Shown here piece by piece: positions 7,471 through 14,143 of a stretch of 24,000 nucleotides of DNA (position 1 is the stretch's first letter; each line of letters opens with the position of its first letter). Source of the DNA: an uncultured Lachnospiraceae bacterium. GTDB lineage: Bacteria > Bacillota > Clostridia > Lachnospirales > Lachnospiraceae. The notes under the pieces are model-generated. The model saw only the letters and a list, made by a program, of their open reading frames with translations. It was not told the origin of the DNA and did not search any database. The translations under genes were made by a program, and so were the position numbers. The stretch spans positions 1,408 through 25,407 of the forward strand of contig CAYJFY010000020.1 in assembly GCA_964369755.1 (NCBI GenBank), given 5' to 3'.

Positions 7471-8152
7471 TGAAAATTTACAATACTCTTTACAACCACT
7501 GAATAAGTTATTAGAGCAGTATGAGAAAGTAAATATAACTTTGATTAATAGTGTTTCAAATACATTACTAGACATTATAAAAATGTTTGAGAATATAGAA
7601 ATATCTCTTTGTGAAAATCAATATAAATTGGCTGAAACATTATCTTTGCTTGGAGGAGTACCGGCGAATTTCAAGGCATTAGAAAAACTAGGAGATAATC
7701 AGTTTATATGGTTTAAATCATTAGATAAAGGCTTGGTAGAAAAATTGAATACAAGCGAAAATACGAATCATTTATTGGATGAGTATATTAAGAAAGGTGA
7801 ATGTTTTGAAACTGATGAAATAATTAAAGCAATCAAAAAATCTAGTGCAATAAAAAAAAGAAAATTATTGTTTTCACAATCAATTACTGCTTATCGTAAT
7901 AAACATTATTTGCTAGGATGTGTAGGGCTAATTTCTATAATTGATATTTTTCTCAGTCAAATCAGTGGAGATGCAACAACAAAATTTATGAAAAAAGTGG
8001 ATTATATAGTAAAACAAGCATGTGCAGATGAAGTTCTTAATGATTACGATGCCAAATATTTTTATATGTCATTTGGTATTGAGAGAACATTAAAAACGTT
8101 ATTTGATTTTTCTGATTTTACGAAAGATGAACCAAACAATATACGAAACTAG
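7463..8152 (+). CDS. Hypothetical protein (229 aa, soluble, predicted helical) inserted between hsdM and hsdS
   Basis: ATG 7463 overlaps the hsdM stop by 8 nt (ATGAATAA), and an AAGGA lies 8 nt upstream. It is a clean 690-nt ORF in an otherwise tightly packed operon. I recognise no catalytic motif. The region LFSQSITAYRNKHYLLGCVGLISIIDIFLSQISGD recalls uncharacterised Firmicutes and phage-associated helical proteins. Confidence 0.6.
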   Translation: MNNENLQYSLQPLNKLLEQYEKVNITLINSVSNTLLDIIKMFENIEISLCENQYKLAETLSLLGGVPANFKALEKLGDNQFIWFKSLDKGLVEKLNTSENTNHLLDEYIKKGECFETDEIIKAIKKSSAIKKRKLLFSQSITAYRNKHYLLGCVGLISIIDIFLSQISGDATTKFMKKVDYIVKQACADEVLNDYDAKYFYMSFGIERTLKTLFDFSDFTKDEPNNIRN

Positions 8153-8221
8153 ATTGTGTTAAGCTTATTCATTTGATTTATGCATTGTTGCTTGTTGACA
8201 ATATAGAAGGTGGTGAATTGG

Positions 8222-9466
8222 ATGGGTAATTGGGAAGAAAAGAAACTTGGTGATATTTTGAAAATCAAGCATGGCTATGCTTTTGAAGGAGAATTTATTA
8301 CTAATATTGAAAATGAAAATATTCTTGTTACTCCTGGGAATTTTAAAACAGGTGGTGGATTCAAATATTCAGGCAAGAAGTTTTATAATGGTAAGATTCC
8401 AGAAGAGTATAGATTAAAATCTAATGATATTATACTAACCATGACGGATTTAAGCAAAGAAAGTGATACTTTAGGGTATGCTGCATTAGTACCTAATGAT
8501 AAAAGGATATATTTGCATAATCAGCGAATTGGCTTGGTATATGACATTGATAATCGAGTAAGTAAAAATTTTTTGTATTGGATGTTAAGAACACCTTGGT
8601 ATCAAAAAAGAATAGTAAATACATCTAATGGAGCAAATGTTAAACATACTTCACCTAGCAGGATATATGCGTATGTCACAAAAGTCCCAGATTTCTCTAC
8701 ACAAGAACGCATTGCTGATATTTTATCTAATTATGATGATTTAATTGAAAATAATACTCGTAGGATTGAATTACTAGAAAAAGCATCACAGGAATTATAT
8801 AAAGAATGGTTTGTGCGTTTTCGTTTCCCTAATCATGAAAATACCAAGTTTGTAAATGGACTGCCAGAGGGATGGGAAGAGAAGAAACTAAAAACAATGT
8901 TTGATATAGGGTCGAGCAAAAGAGTATATTTATCTGATTACGTGGAAGAAGGGATTCCGTTTTATAGATCTAAAGAAATCATCCGACTTTCGGAAGGTCA
9001 AGCAATTAATGAACCATTATATATTAGTGACCAAGCTTTCAACAACTTTAATAATAAATTCGGAGCACCTAATAAAAATGATATCCTTATTACATCGGTA
9101 GGTACTATTGGTAAATGCTATATCTCGGATGGGCATGAATTTTATTTTAAAGATGGAAACCTAACTTGGCTAAGAAGTTCTAAAAATCCTTTGACTGCTC
9201 TCTTTGTTTTTTGTTGGTTAAATAGCAATTATGGACAACAGATACTAATAACATCTACTATTGGTACGTCGCAGAGTGCATTAACGATTGAAAATTTAAA
9301 AAACATTAAATTAATAGTACCATCTGAGGAAGTATTGATAAAGTTTACAAATCAAATTACGCTTATATTCGAAGAAAAAAATCAACTACAAAAACAAAAC
9401 CAAAATATAGCAAAACAACGTGATTTATTATTGCCACGTCTTATGAGCGGAAAATTGGAGGTGTAA
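8222..9466 (+). CDS. hsdS: Type I restriction-modification system specificity subunit (two target-recognition domains)
   Basis: TRD-leading strings are duplicated: GNWEEKKLGDILK at the N-terminus and EGWEEKKLKTMFD mid-protein. The central conserved spacer is IADILSNYDDLIENNTRRIELLEKASQELYKEWFVRFRFPNHE. The C-terminal conserved helix is QRDLLLPRLMSGKLEV. ATG 8222 follows a GAAGGTGGTG RBS, although the ORF track begins at 8210. Confidence 0.9.
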   Translation: MGNWEEKKLGDILKIKHGYAFEGEFITNIENENILVTPGNFKTGGGFKYSGKKFYNGKIPEEYRLKSNDIILTMTDLSKESDTLGYAALVPNDKRIYLHNQRIGLVYDIDNRVSKNFLYWMLRTPWYQKRIVNTSNGANVKHTSPSRIYAYVTKVPDFSTQERIADILSNYDDLIENNTRRIELLEKASQELYKEWFVRFRFPNHENTKFVNGLPEGWEEKKLKTMFDIGSSKRVYLSDYVEEGIPFYRSKEIIRLSEGQAINEPLYISDQAFNNFNNKFGAPNKNDILITSVGTIGKCYISDGHEFYFKDGNLTWLRSSKNPLTALFVFCWLNSNYGQQILITSTIGTSQSALTIENLKNIKLIVPSEEVLIKFTNQITLIFEEKNQLQKQNQNIAKQRDLLLPRLMSGKLEV

Positions 9467-9468
9467 AT

Positions 9469-9996
9469 ATGTCTGAAGAAATAAAAACACATTTAGTATC
9501 AAAAGTTTTTGATAATTTAAAAGATATTACACCTGCACTTATAGCCGTTGATATATGCACAGGTCTATTTATTTTTTTACCTGAAGAAATTTTATTACAA
9601 ATGAGATTAAATTTAATACCTGACTCGTGGTATTTAGTCATTAGTTTGATATTTATATTTTGCATATCATTAACAATTGTTATTGGTCTACGGTATATGT
9701 TAAATAAAGTTTATTTACAAATAAAGTATAAAAAAAGAATTAAAGGTTTAAGAACTAGTTATATTAATCTAAATAAAAAGCATAAAAACTTGATAAAAGA
9801 GTTGTTGAGATCTCAAGAAAAATCACTTCATTTTAATTATTATTCTGGTGATATAAAGTATTTGGTTAAAAATGCATTTATATATCAAACATCAAATATG
9901 ACAACACAATATGGAGAAACACACTTATACTTTCCATATAGTCCTCAACCTTGGCTTATAGATTTATATAATAGAGAACCAGAATTATTTGAGTAA
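9469..9996 (+). CDS. Small membrane protein, possibly superinfection-exclusion protein B (SieB)-family, inserted between hsdS and hsdR
   Basis: ATG 9469 is 2 nt after the hsdS stop, with a GGAGG RBS inside the hsdS 3' end. There are two hydrophobic segments (ITPALIAVDICTGLFIFL and WYLVISLIFIFCISLTIVIGL), a basic linker (KYKKRIKGLR) and a roughly 90-aa C-terminal domain ending YFPYSPQPWLIDLY. This pattern (..LFLP.., two TM segments, ..FPY.LQPW..) matches my recollection of Firmicutes proteins annotated as SieB family. It is unverified. Confidence 0.5.
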   Translation: MSEEIKTHLVSKVFDNLKDITPALIAVDICTGLFIFLPEEILLQMRLNLIPDSWYLVISLIFIFCISLTIVIGLRYMLNKVYLQIKYKKRIKGLRTSYINLNKKHKNLIKELLRSQEKSLHFNYYSGDIKYLVKNAFIYQTSNMTTQYGETHLYFPYSPQPWLIDLYNREPELFE

Positions 9997-10008
9997 AGGA
10001 GAAACTTT

Positions 10009-13000
10009 ATGCCAAACTTTATATCAGAAGATAACATTGAGCAAGCTGCCATTCAAAAACTTGTAGATACAAATAAGTACAATTCCATCAATTGTTATAC
10101 TGCTGATCCCGACACCTTAGAGGATGGCAGTGGTAGAGCAGAGAAAAAGCAGGTTATATTACCAACTGTATTGCTAGAGAGTCTTGTACGGTTGAATCCA
10201 CAATTGCCTTTGCATTGTGTGGAGAAGGTAGCAGATGAATTGTCTAAAACACCTACAACAGTGGAATTGATGCGTGCCAATTATCTTGCATATCAACAAA
10301 TTCGAAATGGTATAAAAGTAGAGTATGATGAAAAAGGAAAAGAGCGTAAATCCAAGTTACAGATAATCGATTTTGAAGAACCTACAAACAATGATTTTAC
10401 TGTGGTATCCCAGCTATGGATTCGTGGAGAGGTTCACTGGCGTAGACCTGATTTGATTCTCTATGTAAATGGATTACCAATGGTATTCATCGAACTTAAA
10501 AATTCTAATATTAATGTGAAAAATGCGTATGATAAGAATTTAAGAGATTATCTAAAAGATATTCCATATCTATTTCACTACAATCAAGTCTGTGTACTAT
10601 CTAATGGTACTGAAACGAGACTTGGTAGTTTTGCTGCTGGATATGAACATTTTTTTGAATGGTTAAAAGTAGAAGATGAAAAGGAAAACCCAGATCGCAA
10701 AGCGATCAAAGAACATGCAATCAGTCTGGAATATTTGATTGATGGTTTACTAAAAAAAGAGACACTGATTGATTATATAGAAAATTTCATTTTATATGAC
10801 AGACAGAGAGTAAAGCTGATAGCGAAAAATCATCAATACCTTGGGGTAAACAATGCTTATAATGCTTTTCTAAATCGTGGAAATCTTGAGGGTAAATTGG
10901 GTGTATTCTGGCATACTCAAGGTAGCGGGAAGAGTTACTCAATGGTTATGCTTGCACGTAAAATTAAACATAAAGTCAATGGAAATTTCACATTTTTAGT
11001 TATAACAGATAGGGCAGATTTAGACACGCAAATCTGGAAGAACTTTTGCCGAACAGAATTTATCTCAAAGGATGAAAATGTTCGTCCGGCAACGGGAGCA
11101 AAGCTTCGAGAAGAATTAAAAAGCAATAAGACTATTTTGTTTACACTCATACATAAATTTAAATACGATAAGGGGAAATCGTATCCTATTTTATCAGAAC
11201 GTAATGATATTATTGTAATCGTTGATGAAGCGCACCGAACACAATATAAAGACTTGGCAGAGAATATGAGAAAAGGGTTGCCGAATGCACAATTCATGGC
11301 ATTTACAGGAACGCCATTGTTAGGTGCGAAAAGATTGACAAACTCTTGGTTCGGCGATTATGTTTCTGAGTATAATTTCGCCCAATCAGTAAAGGATAGT
11401 GCTACAGTTCCGCTATATTATGTAAATGGGATGAAAGAAGTTCGCCTACAAAACGATTTCTTGGATGAGGATTTGGCTGAAATACTGGAAGAGGAAGATT
11501 TAAAAGATGCTGAAAAAGAACGTCTTGAAAATCATTATGCAAAAGAGTTAGAAGTTATTAAGCGTGATGATCGGCTAGATAAAATAGCGAGACATATAGC
11601 GTATCATTTTCCACGTAGAGGATTTTTAGGAAAGGGCATGGTCATCTCTGTTGATAAATTTACAGTTGTTCGAATGTATAATAAGGTGAATTATTATTGG
11701 GATGAAGAAATTAAAAGCATTAACGCAGAAATCACAAAAACAGCTGATCAAGATAAGCGAATAGAATTGAAGCGAATGGTAGACTACATGCGAAAAGTTC
11801 AAATGGCAGTTGTCGTTAGCGAAGAAGATAAGGAAGAAGAAAAATTTCAAGAAGAAAAATTAACGATAAAACCACATAGAGATAGAATGAATGCTGTGGA
11901 TGAGAATGGCTTTGATATTGAAGATAACTTCAAAGACCCAGAACATCCCCTGAGTCTAGTTTTTGTGTGCTCCATGTGGCTAACTGGTTTTGATGCTCCT
12001 TCAGTATCAACTCTATATTTAGATAAACCGATGAAAGGTCATACCTTGATGCAGACCATTGCACGAGCAAACAGGGTGTACCCAAACAAAGAAAATGGTA
12101 TAGTCATCGGTTATCTTGACGTATTCAAATCTCTGAAAAAGGCATTGGTGGACTATGCAACAGATGATAGTGACGAGCTACCTGTTAAGGAAATAGACAA
12201 GCTGTATGACCAACTTTTAGAGTCGATTGAAGTTACTAAGACGTTTTGTCTAGCACAAGAAATTGATTTATCAAGATTAAATAATAGTGAAGATACATTT
12301 GCTAATCTATCTGATTTCGAAGATTTTGCTAATATTATTGTATCCAATGATGAAGTGAAGAATGAGTTTAGGGTGCTTGCTAATACAGTTGGGAATCTAT
12401 ATGAATCTTTGCGTCCAGATATTTTTAAAATGAATTTTGAAGCTAGCGATAAAGAAAAAATTCTTTATTTAAAAGAAATTATTGATGGAAAAATAAGACC
12501 AGAAAAAATAGAAAAAGCAAAGTACAGAATTGGTGAACTATTGAATCAAAGTATTATTGCAGAAGAGACAGCACCATATGGCACTAAAAATTCAGAAGAA
12601 ACAATGCAAATTATCACTATGGCAGAGCCGATTGATTTATCTAAAATAGATATTGATATATTAAAGGATAAAATAAAAAGATCAAATCATAAAAATTTAG
12701 AAATAGCAAATTTAAGACAGTATATAGATAAAAAATTAGCTCAGATGATAAAGAAAAATGTCTCCCGTATAAGTTTTGCCGAAAGATTTCGAAATATTAT
12801 AGATGAGTATAATGCAGGCGGTGCGTATAACGACGAATTTTATAAAAAACTATTAGAGTTTATGAGTGAATTAAGAGAAGAAGAAAGTAGACATGTCAAA
12901 GAAGAGTTAAGTGAAGAGGAATTAGAACTTTTTGATCTATTACAAAAGGAAAAGCTTACAAAAGAAGAATTGAAGCGTGTCAAACTTGCTGCAAGGCAAC

Positions 13001-13215
13001 TGTATCAGACATTAAAGGCAAAAAAAGATGAACTTTTTGTTGTAGGTTGGGAAAAAGATGAACAGCCAAAAGAAAAAGTAAGAAAAGAAATCAAGACTAT
13101 ATTAAATAAATATTTGCCAGATAGTTATAATCGGGAAATTTTTGTAAGTAAATCAGATACTATTTTCTACCATATTGTTGATCAGGCACTAATGGGTGTG
13201 AACTGGATTGCTTAA
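10009..13215 (+). CDS. hsdR: Type I restriction endonuclease R subunit (PD-(D/E)xK nuclease + SF2 DEAD/DEAH translocase)
   Basis: The N-terminal nuclease core is RPDLILYVNGLPMVFIELKN. Helicase motifs are I (HTQGSGKS), II (IVDEAHRTQY), III (MAFTGTP) and VI (QTIARANR). The C-terminal helical region has FAERFRNIIDEYNAG, typical of HsdR tails. An AAGGAG RBS lies 7 nt upstream. Confidence 0.95.
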   Translation: MPNFISEDNIEQAAIQKLVDTNKYNSINCYTADPDTLEDGSGRAEKKQVILPTVLLESLVRLNPQLPLHCVEKVADELSKTPTTVELMRANYLAYQQIRNGIKVEYDEKGKERKSKLQIIDFEEPTNNDFTVVSQLWIRGEVHWRRPDLILYVNGLPMVFIELKNSNINVKNAYDKNLRDYLKDIPYLFHYNQVCVLSNGTETRLGSFAAGYEHFFEWLKVEDEKENPDRKAIKEHAISLEYLIDGLLKKETLIDYIENFILYDRQRVKLIAKNHQYLGVNNAYNAFLNRGNLEGKLGVFWHTQGSGKSYSMVMLARKIKHKVNGNFTFLVITDRADLDTQIWKNFCRTEFISKDENVRPATGAKLREELKSNKTILFTLIHKFKYDKGKSYPILSERNDIIVIVDEAHRTQYKDLAENMRKGLPNAQFMAFTGTPLLGAKRLTNSWFGDYVSEYNFAQSVKDSATVPLYYVNGMKEVRLQNDFLDEDLAEILEEEDLKDAEKERLENHYAKELEVIKRDDRLDKIARHIAYHFPRRGFLGKGMVISVDKFTVVRMYNKVNYYWDEEIKSINAEITKTADQDKRIELKRMVDYMRKVQMAVVVSEEDKEEEKFQEEKLTIKPHRDRMNAVDENGFDIEDNFKDPEHPLSLVFVCSMWLTGFDAPSVSTLYLDKPMKGHTLMQTIARANRVYPNKENGIVIGYLDVFKSLKKALVDYATDDSDELPVKEIDKLYDQLLESIEVTKTFCLAQEIDLSRLNNSEDTFANLSDFEDFANIIVSNDEVKNEFRVLANTVGNLYESLRPDIFKMNFEASDKEKILYLKEIIDGKIRPEKIEKAKYRIGELLNQSIIAEETAPYGTKNSEETMQIITMAEPIDLSKIDIDILKDKIKRSNHKNLEIANLRQYIDKKLAQMIKKNVSRISFAERFRNIIDEYNAGGAYNDEFYKKLLEFMSELREEESRHVKEELSEEELELFDLLQKEKLTKEELKRVKLAARQLYQTLKAKKDELFVVGWEKDEQPKEKVRKEIKTILNKYLPDSYNREIFVSKSDTIFYHIVDQALMGVNWIA

Positions 13216-13283
13216 TATGACTTTTGTACCGAAAAACATGAAGAATATTGCTTATAGTTGCGAATATAGAGAGGGGGACAATT

Positions 13284-14012
13284 TTGAATATTTCATTGCT
13301 ATTGGAAAAAAAGGATTTATATAATAAAAACTTATACTTGATACCAGAAGAGGTGTTGAAAAAAATAAGAACAAGCTTTCATGTAGAATTTACACATAAC
13401 TCCACAGCTATCGAGGGTAATACTTTGACATTGATAGAAACAAAAGTATTATTAGAAGACAACGTTTCTATAGGTGGCAAAAAACTTCGTGAGATTTACG
13501 AAGTTGTGAATAACCACAAAGCTACTTTATATGTAGAAGAATGTATTGTACAAAATTTACCCTTAGATGAAAAAATCACAAAGGAAATTCATGCAATTAT
13601 CAATGAAAATATCATTGTTGGTGGAGTGTATCGAAATGATGTGGTTATGATTACAGGTGCGAGCTTCAGACCGCCCGTGGGTCAACAAATGTATCACGAA
13701 GTAAAAAATTTCTTTGCTGACTTAGATTATCGAACTGACCTAAACCCTATCGAACTTGCAGCATGGACGCACGCTGAATTTGTTCGTATTCATCCTTTTG
13801 TTGACGGAAATGGACGGACTGCAAGGCAGATTATGAACTATCAGCTTATGCGGAACGGATTTCCGCCTGTGTCAATATCAGCGAAGGAAAGTTTAGCTTA
13901 TTACAATGCACTTGATAAATATGGCTCTGTAAGAGATTTAACGTCATTTGCGGAACTTCTTGCAAATCTGGTAGAGAAAAGGTTTGATGAGTTTTTAGGA
14001 GATTTTGTATAG
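13284..14012 (+). CDS. Fic family protein (putative AMPylase) with an N-terminal auto-inhibitory helix motif (class II architecture)
   Basis: The Fic active-site motif HPFVDGNGRTAR is at 13791-13826. The inhibitory (S/T)xxxE(G/N) motif STAIEG is at 13401-13418. The start is assigned to in-frame TTG 13284, 6 nt after GAGGGGG, although the ORF track begins at 13248. Confidence 0.9.
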   Translation: MNISLLLEKKDLYNKNLYLIPEEVLKKIRTSFHVEFTHNSTAIEGNTLTLIETKVLLEDNVSIGGKKLREIYEVVNNHKATLYVEECIVQNLPLDEKITKEIHAIINENIIVGGVYRNDVVMITGASFRPPVGQQMYHEVKNFFADLDYRTDLNPIELAAWTHAEFVRIHPFVDGNGRTARQIMNYQLMRNGFPPVSISAKESLAYYNALDKYGSVRDLTSFAELLANLVEKRFDEFLGDFV

Positions 14013-14041
14013 TATGGTGGAATTAAGTTTATATTATGATA

Positions 14042-14084
14042 AATAATTATACTTGAAATTATTATAATTTCAAGTATAATTATT
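14042..14084. repeat. Perfect palindrome (19-bp arms, 5-nt centre) between fic and the ATPase gene; possible weak terminator and/or bidirectional promoter/operator
   Basis: AATAATTATACTTGAAATT (14042-14060), ATTAT, AATTTCAAGTATAATTATT (14066-14084). One further A:T pair would extend the arms to 20 bp around a 3-nt loop. It contains TTGAAA (14053-14058), a 16-bp spacer and TATAAT (14075-14080). By symmetry the same hexamers occur on the minus strand. The stem is almost entirely A/T. Confidence 0.6.
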
Positions 14085-14143
14085 TTATAGAGATATATCG
14101 AGAAAACTAGGGGCAGTTCTTATGAGTAAGAAAGGGGCTTGAA

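Noticed and set aside
7852-7859. A8 homopolymer inside orf229 as a slipped-strand phase-variation switch
   Set aside because: Eight A's encoding Lys-Lys in a roughly 30% GC gene is unremarkable. Similar A7-A8 runs occur in neighbouring genes (for example 3420-3426), and there is no evidence of length heterogeneity.
7880-7960. HEPN RNase motif in orf229 (AYRNKHY)
   Set aside because: The R and H are separated by only two residues, whereas the canonical HEPN motif is Rx4-6H. A helical-bundle resemblance alone is insufficient, so I make no nuclease claim.
8222-9466. Phase-variable hsdS shufflon (extra silent hsdS copies, inverted repeats, adjacent recombinase)
   Set aside because: There is only one hsdS. 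The internal GWEEKKL duplication is the normal two-TRD organisation, and the two copies are direct rather than inverted. No tyrosine or serine recombinase gene is present in the window.
14122-14142. Mini-ORF MSKKGA* just upstream of the ATPase gene as a leader peptide
   Set aside because: It has only six codons, no RBS of its own and no attenuator structure nearby, so it is most likely a coincidence.
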